This document shows positions 9,815 to 19,866 of a stretch of DNA of 61,975 nt, piece by piece (position 1 is the stretch's first letter; each line of letters begins with the position of its first letter). This stretch comes from Bacteroidota bacterium (GTDB lineage: Bacteria > Bacteroidota > Bacteroidia > AKYH767-A > OLB10). The translations under genes and the position numbers were made by a program. The stretch spans positions 1-61,975 of the forward strand of contig JBKDSL010000023.1 in assembly GCA_046340555.1 (NCBI GenBank), written 5' to 3'. A model generated the notes under the pieces. The model was not told the origin of the DNA. It worked only from the letters and a program-made list of their open reading frames with translations, and ran no database searches.

Positions 9815-9857
9815 GTTGCGAATATAGAACAATCAACGTTTAAATAGTCGGGAATGT

Positions 9858-10988
9858 TCAAATGGCTTTTGGAGAGGACGCGCTCAAAAGCTGATCTATG
9901 GACTCCTCAAGCAAATTACGATCATTCAATTTTGGATATTGTGCAGCCAATATTTCGTTTTCAACGGGCATCGACATGTGCTGCCCAATGCAAGTGAATC
10001 CGAACATACGCTCAAAGCGAGCCCCTAAATAGACTTGTTCCGTTTGTCCAGGCGTGGGTATCAATACCGCTCTCGTGTGTTGAAGATGTAAAAGGTCCAT
10101 CAAAGTGCTGTAGCCCGATCTGCAATACACAATGGGTTTGCTTGATATTGCTTTGCTTAGGGTTAAATCGTCAATGCCATTTAATATGGTTGTTTTTTTG
10201 TCGACAATTACATCATCTCCGGCAATACCTCGTACGATCAAGCTCTTTCCTGGTAACCCATCAAAATGTCGCAAGATTTTTTCCTCCAATATTCTTCTTT
10301 GAGGCTCAGGGCCCGATAGCAATGCAATGCGTTGGAAAGGATCTTCTTTTGATAACAATTTAGGTTCGTCGTTACTGAATCTAGAAAGCAACCCGACAAA
10401 ACGATAAGGTATTCTAAGGCCTTCAGGGTTCGAAAGCTTACCCGCCCATTTGCCTTTATGGTCTTCAGGATCGTCTACAATCCAAGCACCGTCGAATTTT
10501 TCTATGAACCTCCTATGAAGAACAAACAATAATTGGTCAATCCACGGATGGCTGCTGCCTGATGAAACGTGAATTTGGTGTGTCATGAAAATGCACTTGG
10601 CAGCATTGGAGTGCAAGCCATAACGATTGTCGGAGATTACATGGGAAACCTGATGCCTTGCAATGATTTGTTCCAATGCTTGGCGCTCAGTACGAATGAC
10701 GCTCAATAATGGAGGTAGTTGCTTCAGCAAGTGCAAAGCCATACTTCCCTTGCGGGGATAGGTTATGTTGTAGGAAGGTAGCGACTCGAAAACCAGATTC
10801 GGGAACCTTTTACGTAGCATCTCGCCACCGAAGCCACTGCCTGCGATCAGTACTTTGCAGCCTCGTCGCAATAAGGCCTCAATAACCGGTATGCAACGCG
10901 TGGCATGTCCAAGGCCCCAATCCAATGGGGCAACCAATACTCTGACCGCAGTTTCTCGCATCCGGCAAAGGTAATCGTACTTCAACAC
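9858..10988 (-). CDS. Glycosyltransferase (GT-B fold, MurG/GT28-like N-terminus)
   Basis: VLVAPLDWGLGHATRCIPVIEALLRRGCKV is a GT-B nucleotide-sugar transferase N-domain motif. An alternative ATG start is at 10961. The substrate is unknown. Confidence 0.7.
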   Translation of the reverse strand: MLKYDYLCRMRETAVRVLVAPLDWGLGHATRCIPVIEALLRRGCKVLIAGSGFGGEMLRKRFPNLVFESLPSYNITYPRKGSMALHLLKQLPPLLSVIRTERQALEQIIARHQVSHVISDNRYGLHSNAAKCIFMTHQIHVSSGSSHPWIDQLLFVLHRRFIEKFDGAWIVDDPEDHKGKWAGKLSNPEGLRIPYRFVGLLSRFSNDEPKLLSKEDPFQRIALLSGPEPQRRILEEKILRHFDGLPGKSLIVRGIAGDDVIVDKKTTILNGIDDLTLSKAISSKPIVYCRSGYSTLMDLLHLQHTRAVLIPTPGQTEQVYLGARFERMFGFTCIGQHMSMPVENEILAAQYPKLNDRNLLEESIDQLLSASSPKAI

Positions 10989-11001
10989 CTAAGCGATTGT
11001 G

Positions 11002-11009
11002 TAATTTTG
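11002..11009 (+). promoter_or_regulatory. Candidate -7 promoter element TAATTTTG upstream of trmB
   Basis: Exact TAnnTTTG match 23 nt before the ATG at 11032. Confidence 0.35.
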
Positions 11010-11031
11010 CAGCGTACGCTTTTGGCAATTT

Positions 11032-11703
11032 ATGGCAAAAAACAAATTGAAACGTTTCGCCGATCTGGAAGGCATGCAGCGGGTTTATCAACCGGGTACC
11101 GCCTATTCCGATCGCGACTATCATCTTAAAGGTAAGTGGGGCTCTGAGGTTTTCGGCAATACCCGGCCAATCGTATTGGAGTTGGGTTGTGGCAAGGGCG
11201 AATATACGGTTGGGCTTTCCCGCATGTTTCCAAATCAAAATTTCATCGGCATCGACCGAAAAGGAGCTCGTATATGGCGCGGTGCGAAAACCATCAATGA
11301 AGAGCAGGTAATGAATGCTGCTTTTATGAGGGCCCAGATACAGCATTTGGGTTCCATATTCGAGCCACAGGAAATCAGTTCCATTTGGATCACCTTCCCG
11401 GATCCACAGCCACAAAAAACCCGGGAGAAAAGCCGGATGACAGCACCTAGGTTTTTGGATATGTACCGCAAGCTTTTAGTTCCCGGCGGCAGGGTGCATT
11501 TGAAGACGGATTCATTGCCACTTCATGAATACTCTGTAGAACGTGCCAATGCAGCTGGTGCCACCATCCATGTTTCCACTTCGGACCTGTACGCCACCTT
11601 GGATGCAGATCCCGTGTTGGATATCAAAACCACCTATGAGAAGCGATTTTTGGCCGAAGGGTTGAAAATCTGTTATTTGTCTATTTCGTGGCCGGCGCAG
11701 TAA
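11032..11703 (+). CDS. trmB: tRNA (guanine-N7)-methyltransferase
   Basis: 223 aa. Contains the SAM-binding block VLELGCGKGEYT and the TrmB blocks IWITFPDPQPQK and HLKTD. Confidence 0.9.
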   Translation: MAKNKLKRFADLEGMQRVYQPGTAYSDRDYHLKGKWGSEVFGNTRPIVLELGCGKGEYTVGLSRMFPNQNFIGIDRKGARIWRGAKTINEEQVMNAAFMRAQIQHLGSIFEPQEISSIWITFPDPQPQKTREKSRMTAPRFLDMYRKLLVPGGRVHLKTDSLPLHEYSVERANAAGATIHVSTSDLYATLDADPVLDIKTTYEKRFLAEGLKICYLSISWPAQ

Positions 11704-11874
11704 AAAACATCGCCAAGCTCGACGAACGCTTCGGTGTAACAAAGCCGCTGCAGCATCATCCACATTTATTGAGCTTAAATAACAGAAAATCAATGACATT
11801 GGATTGATTGGTGATTCTTTACCGTTAGTTCCATTTTATTGGTTTTTATCTTCAATTGCCTCTGTTTTTTGCCG

Positions 11875-11882
11875 TAACTTTG
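11875..11882 (+). promoter_or_regulatory. Candidate -7 promoter element TAACTTTG upstream of korA
   Basis: TAnnTTTG match 47 nt before the ATG at 11929. A TTG at 11856-11858 sits at a plausible -33 position. Confidence 0.4.
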
Positions 11883-11928
11883 CAGTCGCAAATTTTAGTA
11901 CCGACTCAACTACCATCTTCATTAAGCC

Positions 11929-13779
11929 ATGTCGCATCAAACAGACACCCTGGAAAGGGTGATTATCAAGTTCGCCGGAGACTCCGGTGATGGAATGCAG
12001 CTTACCGGAACCCAGTTCACCAACACGGCGGCATTATTCGGTAACGACATCAGTACCTTCCCCGACTTCCCAGCTGAAATCAGGGCCCCCCAGGGAACCT
12101 TGGCCGGGGTATCAGGATACCAGCTTCACTTCGGAAGCACCAGCATCTATTCTCCCGGCGATCGCTGCGATGTGTTGGTTGTGATGAATGCAGCCGCATT
12201 GAAGGCCAACCTCAAGCAATTGAAAAAAGGGGGTATTATCATTGCCAATACAGAAGGCTTCGACGCAAAGAACCTCCGTTTGGCCAATATCGCTGAACAA
12301 GATAATCCGTTAGAGAACGGTTCGCTCGAACCTTACAAGGTGATTCGAATTGACGTTACTAAGATGACGCGCTCTGCCTTGAATGACTCAGGCCTTGGAA
12401 CCAAAGAGATTGATCGCTCCAAGAACATGTTCGTGTTGGGCTTCCTTTATTGGATGTACAACAGGACCTTGGACAACAGCATCAAGTTTTTGGAAGAGAA
12501 GTTCTCCAAGAAACCAGAAATCCTGAACGCCAACATCAAGATCCTCAAAGCAGGATTTCACTATGGTGATACCACCGAAACTATGACTCCTCGGTTTGTG
12601 GTTAATCCGGCTAAAATGAAGTCTGGTGTTTATCGCAATATCATGGGTAACCAGGCAACTGCCATGGGTCTTATTGCCGCTTCACAAAAGTCAGGACTTG
12701 AACTTTTCTTGGGTTCATACCCAATCACCCCTGCATCCGACATCCTACATGAACTTGCCAAATACAAAAGTTTCGGAGTAAAAACCTTCCAAGCGGAAGA
12801 CGAAATTGCGGCCATCTGTTCCACCATAGGCGCTGCCTTTGGCGGATCATTGGGTGTAACCACATCCTCCGGCCCAGGTATTGCTCTAAAAGGTGAGGCC
12901 ATCGGTTTGTCGGTTATGCTTGAAATCCCTTTGGTGGTTATAAACGTTCAGCGTGGAGGACCCTCTACCGGTTTGCCTACCAAGACTGAGCAATCGGATC
13001 TTATGCAAGCAATGTATGGCCGTAACGGAGAAGCTCCCATGCCGGTAATTGCTGCTTCTTCTCCTGCCGATTGTTTTGATACCGTTTACGAAGCCTGCCG
13101 CATAGCTGTCGAGTTCATGACACCTGTGATGTTCCTTTCAGACGGTTATGTAGCCAATGGCGCAGAGCCATGGCGCTTTCCAAAGTCAGCCGACCTCAAG
13201 CCTATCAGTGTTGAGTTTATAAAAGCCAAAAATGGCGGTGATAAATACCTCCCTTACAAGCGTGATGAAAAACTTTCCCGTCCATGGGCCATACCTGGCA
13301 CTGCTGGCTTGGAGCATCGCATCGGTGGTATCGAAAAGCAACACGAAACAGGTAACATATCCTATGACCCGGAGAATCACGAGTTCATGGTGCATATGCG
13401 CGAAGCCAAGGTGGAAAAAATCGCCGACTTCATTCCTGAACAAACCATCGATTCGGGTCCATCAAAAGGAAAACTCCTTGTTCTCGGATGGGGATCGACA
13501 TACGGTTCCATCAAAACCGCACTGATTGATGCTCATGCCAAAGGTTATGACGTAGCACACGCACAAATTCGCCACTTGAAACCTTTCCCGAAAAACCTCG
13601 GTGAGATACTTTACAGTTATGATAAAGTGTTGGTTCCTGAGATGAACAACGGTCAGTTGGTGCGCATCATCCGTGATAAATTCATGATACCTGCAATTGC
13701 CTTCAACAAGATCCAAGGAATGCCTTTCACCGCCGGTGAGATATTCGAAAAGATCGAGCAGGTGCTTTCTGAAAAATAA
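11929..13779 (+). CDS. korA: 2-oxoglutarate:ferredoxin oxidoreductase, alpha subunit
   Basis: 616 aa. N-terminal gamma-like domain ([15 protein letters not shown]) fused to a pyruvate-flavodoxin/ferredoxin oxidoreductase core ([15 protein letters not shown]). The TPP-binding beta subunit follows. Confidence 0.88.
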   Translation: MSHQTDTLERVIIKFAGDSGDGMQLTGTQFTNTAALFGNDISTFPDFPAEIRAPQGTLAGVSGYQLHFGSTSIYSPGDRCDVLVVMNAAALKANLKQLKKGGIIIANTEGFDAKNLRLANIAEQDNPLENGSLEPYKVIRIDVTKMTRSALNDSGLGTKEIDRSKNMFVLGFLYWMYNRTLDNSIKFLEEKFSKKPEILNANIKILKAGFHYGDTTETMTPRFVVNPAKMKSGVYRNIMGNQATAMGLIAASQKSGLELFLGSYPITPASDILHELAKYKSFGVKTFQAEDEIAAICSTIGAAFGGSLGVTTSSGPGIALKGEAIGLSVMLEIPLVVINVQRGGPSTGLPTKTEQSDLMQAMYGRNGEAPMPVIAASSPADCFDTVYEACRIAVEFMTPVMFLSDGYVANGAEPWRFPKSADLKPISVEFIKAKNGGDKYLPYKRDEKLSRPWAIPGTAGLEHRIGGIEKQHETGNISYDPENHEFMVHMREAKVEKIADFIPEQTIDSGPSKGKLLVLGWGSTYGSIKTALIDAHAKGYDVAHAQIRHLKPFPKNLGEILYSYDKVLVPEMNNGQLVRIIRDKFMIPAIAFNKIQGMPFTAGEIFEKIEQVLSEK

Positions 13780-13807
13780 TTTTACAACAAAACATCAAGA
13801 TAATACC

Positions 13808-14848
13808 ATGTCAACAGTTGAACCAAACCCCTCCATGACAACCTTCACCTCGAAGGAATTGGTTACCGACCAAGATGTAAGATGGTGTCCAGGCTGTGGA
13901 GACTACTCCATTTTAAAGCAGGTGCAAACCGTTATGCCTGAACTAGGAATACCCCGCGAGAACATCGTTTTCGTATCGGGTATCGGTTGCTCCTCACGTT
14001 TCCCTTATTACATGGAGACTTTCGGTATGCACTCCATCCACGGAAGGGCTACCGCCATTGCAAGCGGGCTTAAAGCCGCTAGGCCTGATCTCAGTGTTTG
14101 GATTGTTTCAGGAGACGGCGACTCCATGTCAATCGGTGGAAACCACTTCATTCATTTGCTTCGCAGGAATTTTGATGTGAACCTACTCGTCTTCAACAAT
14201 GAGATTTATGGTTTGACAAAGGGACAGTACTCCCCGACTTCTGAGGAAGGCAAGGTGACCAAGTCCACGCCGTTCGGTTCTGTTGATCATCCTTTCAATC
14301 CTGCCGCTTTGGCATTGGGTGCTGATTCAACTTTCGTGTCTCGTTCTATGGACCGTGACCCCGTTCACTTAAAAGAGATTTTACGTCGAGCACATAAGCA
14401 CAAGGGTACTTCATTTGTTGAGATCTACCAAAACTGTAACGTTTTCAACGATGGTGCTTTCGAAATCTTCACCGACAAGGAAACCAAGAAGATTGAGACG
14501 CTCTTTGTAGAGCATGGAAAACCATTGGTGTTTGGACAGAATGGCGAGAAAGGTATCAAGCTTGATGGATTTAAACCTGTTGTTGTGGATATGGCCAGCC
14601 ATTCCACAAACGACCTTTGGATACACGATGAAACAGACCGCTTGAAAGCTTCCATGTTGAGCCGCTTCTTTGATAATCCCCGTAATGGAGGCGACCATTT
14701 GCCTCGTCCTTTTGGTGTGTTCTACGTGGAAGACCGCCCTTGTTACGAAGACGGCATGAAAACCCAAATCGAGAATGTAATCACTTCCAAAGGCTCAGGC
14801 GACCTCGACAAATTGCTGCGTGGCCGCGATGTATGGGAGATTCAGTAA
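13808..14848 (+). CDS. korB: 2-oxoglutarate:ferredoxin oxidoreductase, beta subunit (TPP-binding)
   Basis: The ATG at 13808 gives MSTVEPNPS... Contains RWCPGCGDYSIL and the TPP motif GDGDSMSIGGNHFIH...NNEIYGLTKGQ. The ORF-track N-extension (13697) overlaps korA and is unlikely to be real. Confidence 0.88.
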   Translation: MSTVEPNPSMTTFTSKELVTDQDVRWCPGCGDYSILKQVQTVMPELGIPRENIVFVSGIGCSSRFPYYMETFGMHSIHGRATAIASGLKAARPDLSVWIVSGDGDSMSIGGNHFIHLLRRNFDVNLLVFNNEIYGLTKGQYSPTSEEGKVTKSTPFGSVDHPFNPAALALGADSTFVSRSMDRDPVHLKEILRRAHKHKGTSFVEIYQNCNVFNDGAFEIFTDKETKKIETLFVEHGKPLVFGQNGEKGIKLDGFKPVVVDMASHSTNDLWIHDETDRLKASMLSRFFDNPRNGGDHLPRPFGVFYVEDRPCYEDGMKTQIENVITSKGSGDLDKLLRGRDVWEIQ

Positions 14849-14862
14849 TCTATGCAAAAGCA

Positions 14863-14897
14863 CAAAAAAGCCCTGGGTTCACCTGGGCTTTTTTTAC
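14863..14897. terminator. Bidirectional rho-independent terminator between korB and the convergent OMP gene
   Basis: AAAAAAGCCCTGGG-ttca-CCTGGGCTTTTTTT. A GC-rich stem with one T.T mismatch is flanked by an A-run and a T-run. Confidence 0.7.
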
Positions 14898-14914
14898 GGC
14901 ATTTAAGTGATTCT

Positions 14915-15484
14915 TTAGAATTTGAACGAGGCCCCTACAGTAGCCCATGACACTCCGTAACCCAATTCAAGGAAAGCGCCTACGTTGTCTGTGAAATAAT
15001 ATTTCATGCCGGCAAAAAGAGAGGCGTAAAGAGCACTTGAATAGTTACGGCTGTACTGATAACCATTAGGTAAATTGTTTTTACTGTTCAGTATGTGAAA
15101 AGCCAGCATGGCTCCGCCGTAGGTGTCGAGGTTTTCAACTTCCAACAAATCATAATGGAAGGACCCTCGAGCTCCAAGGATCGTGATGCTCCATTTATCG
15201 TAGTATTTGCCGTTAGGCAACACAATGTCATAATCAAAACCCTTGTGACCCACGTAGCCTCCTAATCCAATAACACCACCCATACTCAACTCTTTGAAGC
15301 CATGGTCGAAGTGGATTCCAAACGCAGGTGATTGAGTAGCATATCCCGAAAACCCGTATACACCTCCAACTCCTAGTCCAAGTCCAATCACATTATCGCC
15401 CTCACCGAAAGTGTCTGATGTGTTTTGGGCGAATGATGTGCTTGTAAAAAGAAATAAAGCGATTATTGCCAGTTTGTTTTTCAT
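14915..15484 (-). CDS. Small outer-membrane beta-barrel protein (Gly-rich)
   Basis: The ATG at 15484 gives the signal peptide MKNKLAIIALFLFTSTSFAQ. Alternating hydrophobic/Gly-rich strands, with a C-terminal ...GASFKF aromatic terminus. Confidence 0.6.
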   Translation of the reverse strand: MKNKLAIIALFLFTSTSFAQNTSDTFGEGDNVIGLGLGVGGVYGFSGYATQSPAFGIHFDHGFKELSMGGVIGLGGYVGHKGFDYDIVLPNGKYYDKWSITILGARGSFHYDLLEVENLDTYGGAMLAFHILNSKNNLPNGYQYSRNYSSALYASLFAGMKYYFTDNVGAFLELGYGVSWATVGASFKF

Positions 15485-15577
15485 GGAATTGTCTTTAGGC
15501 ACAAAGTAAGTTCAACCTGCGCCAAGCTAAGGCGCAAGTCGTGTTAATTTTCAACAAGTGTATGTTACAAGTAAGGC

Positions 15578-17203
15578 TTAAGAATACGATGCTACCAAAG
15601 GGTAGCGTCTTCCTGTTCCAAAGGCTTTTGTGGAAACACGGATTATGGGAGCGAATTGAAATCGTTTGTATTCACTGCGGCGTACTAGCGACAGAACTTT
15701 GGATACAACTGCGGCATCAAATCCCATCTCTATCAACGAGCTTGAACCCAATTTTCCTTCAATGTGATGGAATAGGATGCGGTCCAATAAATCATAATCA
15801 GGAAGCGAGTCTGAATCTTTTTGGCCAGGCCTTAGTTCGGCTGATGGCGCCTTGGTCAATATGCTTTGTGGAATCCTCATCCGGGTTGAGTTCAGATGGT
15901 TACAAAGCGCATACACTTCGGTTTTATACAGGTCACCAATTACGGATAAGCCACCCGCCATATCGCCGTATAATGTTCCATAACCTACAGCAAGCTCACT
16001 TTTGTTTGACGTATTCAACAGCACGTAATGATGCTTGTTGGACAATGCCATGAGGATGGTTCCACGGGTGCGCGACTGCACATTCTCCTCTGCGATATCG
16101 AATGGTCTCCCTTCGAATGCGGGAGCTAGTTCGTTCAGGAATTTGTCGTAGATGTTGTTGATGGGAATCGTTCTGCTTGTCAATCCATTCAATTCACACA
16201 ATTCCAATGCGTCTTGAATAGAGTGCCCTGATGAAAATGCGGAAGGCATAAGAACTGGATGCACATGATCGGCGCCCAATGCCTCAACGGCTAGCACAGC
16301 CACCAGTGCTGAATCAACCCCGCCTGATAAACCTAATACAGCATCACTGAAGCCACACTTACTGAAGTAATCACGGATACCACACACCAAAGCTTGTCGG
16401 ATGCGCTCTTCCTTCGACATAGTAATGCTTGTGGTTTGATTATTTGTAGATGGTATTGTTGTGTTGAAAAGGCCTTCTGTAAAATAAGAGGCTTCAAATA
16501 TGATTGACCCATCTGCATCTAAAACCATCGAGCCGCCATCAAACACCAAATCATTTTGAGCGCCTGCATGATTCACATATACAATTGGGGCTTCGTACTT
16601 GACTGCATTACGTTGAAGGATGGAAATGCGTTTCTCGCGATGATTGAAATCAAAAGGTGAAGCGGCAATGTTGATCACAAGATCTAAATTGCCATCACCT
16701 GTTTTTTCCAAAGGAGAGAACGTATACATAGGATCATCCTCTTCATTCCACAGGTCTTCACAAATGGTGACGGCCACTCTTTTTCCATTGAGTACAATCG
16801 TCTTGAACACAGTGTTTGGTTCAAAATACCGGTACTCATCGAACACATCATACGTGGGTAATAAGGTTTTGTGAAAAACGTCTTTTATTTCCCCATCTGA
16901 TAGCAAGTAGGCTGAATTGAAAAGATTTTTCCCTTTCGGGGATGGATTTGAAGACGGACTTCCAACAATTGCCGTGATGCCAACACAGTGTTTGGCGATT
17001 TCTTGGATGGCATCAGTGCAATTGTTTATAAAATCCAGCGACTCCAACAAATCCATTGGAGGGTAACCGCAAACAGCCATCTCAGGGAAAACAACCAGCT
17101 CCGCTCCAGAAGCGCGCGACTGCTCAATGTGTTTGATGATGAGCCCCGTATTAGCATCGAAATTGCCAATATGGCAATTGATCTGAGCCAGGGCGATCTT
17201 CAT
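15578..17203 (-). CDS. nadE: Glutamine-dependent NAD+ synthetase
   Basis: 541 aa. N-terminal nitrilase/CN-hydrolase domain (MKIALAQIN...VFPEMAVCGYP...ICEDLW) fused to an NAD synthetase domain with the PP-loop GLSGGVDSA. Confidence 0.92.
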   Translation of the reverse strand: MKIALAQINCHIGNFDANTGLIIKHIEQSRASGAELVVFPEMAVCGYPPMDLLESLDFINNCTDAIQEIAKHCVGITAIVGSPSSNPSPKGKNLFNSAYLLSDGEIKDVFHKTLLPTYDVFDEYRYFEPNTVFKTIVLNGKRVAVTICEDLWNEEDDPMYTFSPLEKTGDGNLDLVINIAASPFDFNHREKRISILQRNAVKYEAPIVYVNHAGAQNDLVFDGGSMVLDADGSIIFEASYFTEGLFNTTIPSTNNQTTSITMSKEERIRQALVCGIRDYFSKCGFSDAVLGLSGGVDSALVAVLAVEALGADHVHPVLMPSAFSSGHSIQDALELCELNGLTSRTIPINNIYDKFLNELAPAFEGRPFDIAEENVQSRTRGTILMALSNKHHYVLLNTSNKSELAVGYGTLYGDMAGGLSVIGDLYKTEVYALCNHLNSTRMRIPQSILTKAPSAELRPGQKDSDSLPDYDLLDRILFHHIEGKLGSSSLIEMGFDAAVVSKVLSLVRRSEYKRFQFAPIIRVSTKAFGTGRRYPLVASYS

Positions 17204-17222
17204 TGTTTAAGAAGAAAATGAA

Positions 17223-17891
17223 TCAGAAGAAAATGCCGACGTTCAATACGATGGCATCCGTACGGAATTGAGCGGAGGGTTCGTCATCAGAGCCTTTGTA
17301 AATATCCATCAAACCATTGTTGTAATGAATGCCCGCAGTGAAGGAGGTGTTTCCACCCAGGTTGTATTCGATTCCAGCACCTACATTCAAATGCACATTG
17401 AAAGCGTAAAAATTCGATTGGTTGCCATTGTTTTCAATGTCTTCATCTGAAGCACTTTCAAAATCAATATCCTCTTTGGCCTTCACCAAAACCCCGGGAA
17501 GTACTCCGAACAAACCATAGTATTTTAAGTATCCGATTTCATTTGTTTTGAGTTTAAGTCCCACAGGCACCTCTACATATTGAAGCTTTTGCTTGTAAGA
17601 TCCATACAATATATCACCAGATTTTAAATTGTACTTCCCTCCTCTGTAGGTGATTTCAAGTCCGGTAGCAAAAGCATAATTTTTTGAAATGGCAAACTCA
17701 GTCATCAAACCGTAGGAAAGTCCTATGCTACCTCCATCACTTTCAAGTCCTGTGCCATCCGTTTTCATCCAATTGTAACTGGGCGAAGCTTTCAATCCAA
17801 AATGGAACTTGCTTCCATCGTCATTTTGTGCGTTTGCTGAGAAAGAAATGGCTATTGCCATCATAATTGAAAGTAATACACGTTTATTCAT
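17223..17891 (-). CDS. Outer-membrane beta-barrel protein (OMP_b-brl_2 / PorT-like family)
   Basis: 222 aa. Signal peptide MNKRVLLSIMMAIAISFSANAQ. Contains FHFGLKASPSYNWMK-type first strands. The size and pattern match small PorT-family barrels. The family assignment is from memory only. Confidence 0.55.
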   Translation of the reverse strand: MNKRVLLSIMMAIAISFSANAQNDDGSKFHFGLKASPSYNWMKTDGTGLESDGGSIGLSYGLMTEFAISKNYAFATGLEITYRGGKYNLKSGDILYGSYKQKLQYVEVPVGLKLKTNEIGYLKYYGLFGVLPGVLVKAKEDIDFESASDEDIENNGNQSNFYAFNVHLNVGAGIEYNLGGNTSFTAGIHYNNGLMDIYKGSDDEPSAQFRTDAIVLNVGIFF

Positions 17892-17908
17892 AGCTTTGCT
17901 TATTGGTT

Positions 17909-18922
17909 ATGCAATTTTACTCAAAAATACGTTTCAGATCCGCCCTTTGGGCTTTGATTTGTTTTTGCATGCTTTGTTCATGCGGGGCGGATAAACCCGA
18001 TGTGTCAGATATTCAGGTTGATACGAAATTAGAAAGATTCGATCACGATTTATCTGCGCAGATTATGAAGTCTGATGCGATTGCAACGCTTAAGGATAAG
18101 TATGGCCTGTTTTATGAGACCTACACTTTCAAAATACTTCAGATTAACCCTGGAACTGATGAGGAAGTGTCAGAGGCGTTGAGGTCATTTGTAACTGATT
18201 CCAGTGTTTCGAGCGTCTCCTTATCAATCGACTCTGTTTTTAAAGACACTCGTGAAATCGAGGAGGGGTTCAGCGAGTTCGCCAAACACTATAAGTATTA
18301 CTTTCCCCAAGACACCTTCCCAAGAATTGTGGCTTGAAATACTTTTTTCAACTATGCCATAGCCATCGACAGTGGATTCATTGGCTTAGGACTTGATATG
18401 TTCTTGGGAGAGAACTCCCATTACTATGAGATGATCGGAATGCCGTTGTTCATGCGTAAACGAATGGCACCACAATACCTTGTGCCGGCTTCCGTACTTG
18501 GCTGGTTCAGTACAGAACACCCTAGGGAATTAGAAGGCAAAGAATTCCTGAATCAAATGATTCATCAAGGCAAGTCCATGTATTATGCGAGCATGATGTT
18601 GCCAGAAACAGCTGACTCAGTATTGCTTGCATTTTCGCCTGGTGAACTCAAATGGTGTAAGGATAACGAAGAGAAAATTTGGTCGCTGTTCATAGAAAAG
18701 AAAATGTTGTTCAGTACCGACCCTTCCCACTATATCAAATTCTTGGGTGAAGCTCCTAAATCTTCTGGATTTCCGGAAGAGGCTCCGGATCGAATCGGTG
18801 TTTGGGTGGGATGGCAAATCGTCAAAAAATACATGGATAAAAACACCGAATTGTCCCTGCCGAAACTCATTGCAGAAAAAGATGCGTTAAAAATCCTGGA
18901 ACAGTCGGGATACAAACCTTGA
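17909..18922 (+). pseudogene. gldB: Gliding-motility lipoprotein GldB, interrupted by one in-frame TGA at 18335-18337
   Basis: ORFs 17903..18337 and 18398..18922 share a reading frame and are separated only by a TGA. Lipobox MLCSC|G at the N-terminus. Conserved GLDMFLG and GVWVGWQIVKKYM blocks lie in the downstream part. gldC follows 4 nt after the stop. Confidence 0.75.
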
Positions 18923-18926
18923 TCTT

Positions 18927-19256
18927 ATGAAACACTCAGAAATAAAATTCAACGTTACGCTTGACGATAACCGTATGCCGGAGACCATCAAATGGCAGGC
19001 AGATGACTCAGGAATCCTTGGCGAAAAGGATTGCAGCTCTGTGATGATTTCCATTTGGGACCCCAAGGACAGCTGCACACTGCGTATCGATTTGTGGACC
19101 AAGAAAATGATGGTTGAAGAAATGCAGCATCTTTATTATGAAACATTGCGAAGCATGGCAGACACCTATAGAAGATCTACAAATGATGAAAAGGCTGCAG
19201 ACGAGATTGCTGCATTTGCCCAACGTTTCGGCAAAATGACGGGTGTGCTCAAGTGA
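18927..19256 (+). CDS. gldC: Gliding-motility protein GldC
   Basis: 109 aa. SEIKFNVTLDDNRMPETIKWQADD...IWDPKD..LRIDLWTKKMMVEEMQ matches my recollection of the F. johnsoniae GldC pattern. Shows gldB-gldC synteny. Confidence 0.85.
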   Translation: MKHSEIKFNVTLDDNRMPETIKWQADDSGILGEKDCSSVMISIWDPKDSCTLRIDLWTKKMMVEEMQHLYYETLRSMADTYRRSTNDEKAADEIAAFAQRFGKMTGVLK

Positions 19257-19275
19257 AGCCTGCTTGAATACTTGT

Positions 19276-19866
19276 TCAAGAGTACTCAGCGAAAAAGGCC
19301 ATCAATTCATCTCTTCCAGTTCGCTCAGTTGAGGACGTGATGAACATTCTCGGCAGCTCTTCCCACCACTCGGCTAAACGCTTTTTATAATCAGCGATGT
19401 TTTTTTGTAGTTGAGTCTTGGTCAATTTGTCTGCCTTGGTAAAGGCGATTACAAATGGAACTCCGCTTTCGCCGAGTTGATTGATGAATTCCAGATCCGA
19501 ACGTTGTAGCTCTAGACGGGCATCCACTAAAACCACCAAACATGTGAGTTCTTTTCGGTTTTCCAAATAACCGCGCACCATCTTATCCCATTTTTCTCGC
19601 TCGGTTTTTGAGGATTTCGCATAGCCATATCCGGGTAAGTCAACCAGATACCAACCTGCAGGAAACTTGAAATGATTGATGGTTTGGGTTTTTCCGGGGG
19701 TGGAAGATGTTTTTGCCAAATCCTTCACACCAGCCAGCATATTGATCAGCGATGACTTGCCAACATTCGATCGGCCGATGAAAGCGAATTCCGCTTGCTC
19801 ATGCGCCACACATTTAAGGTAATCACCATAGCTGCTGATGAATTCAGCCTTGTTGGAATCTGACAT
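19276..19866 (-). CDS. engB: Ribosome-biogenesis GTPase YsxC/EngB
   Basis: 196 aa. G1 motif GRSNVGKSSLIN, G3 motif DLPGYGYA and G4 motif TKADK. Confidence 0.9.
   Translation of the reverse strand: MSDSNKAEFISSYGDYLKCVAHEQAEFAFIGRSNVGKSSLINMLAGVKDLAKTSSTPGKTQTINHFKFPAGWYLVDLPGYGYAKSSKTEREKWDKMVRGYLENRKELTCLVVLVDARLELQRSDLEFINQLGESGVPFVIAFTKADKLTKTQLQKNIADYKKRLAEWWEELPRMFITSSTERTGRDELMAFFAEYS

Noticed and set aside
13697-13807. N-terminal extensions offered by the ORF track: korB from 13697, bamA from 774, murD from 28541, skp from 3997, the TPR protein to 50604, mraZ from 21960, the acyltransferase to 21692, and the OMP to 15502
   Set aside because: The extensions overlap the preceding gene or start at non-ATG codons. 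They add non-conserved, often basic junk ahead of a clean internal ATG that yields a proper signal peptide or conserved N-terminus.
18335-18337. TGA in gldB read as selenocysteine or as genome-wide stop-codon reassignment
   Set aside because: TGA terminates many well-conserved neighbours at their expected lengths (uppS, bamA, murI, mraZ, ftsI, murE). The sequence downstream of the TGA forms only a weak, interrupted hairpin (GCCA..CCA...TGG..TGGC), not a convincing bacterial SECIS. GldB has no known redox Cys at this position.
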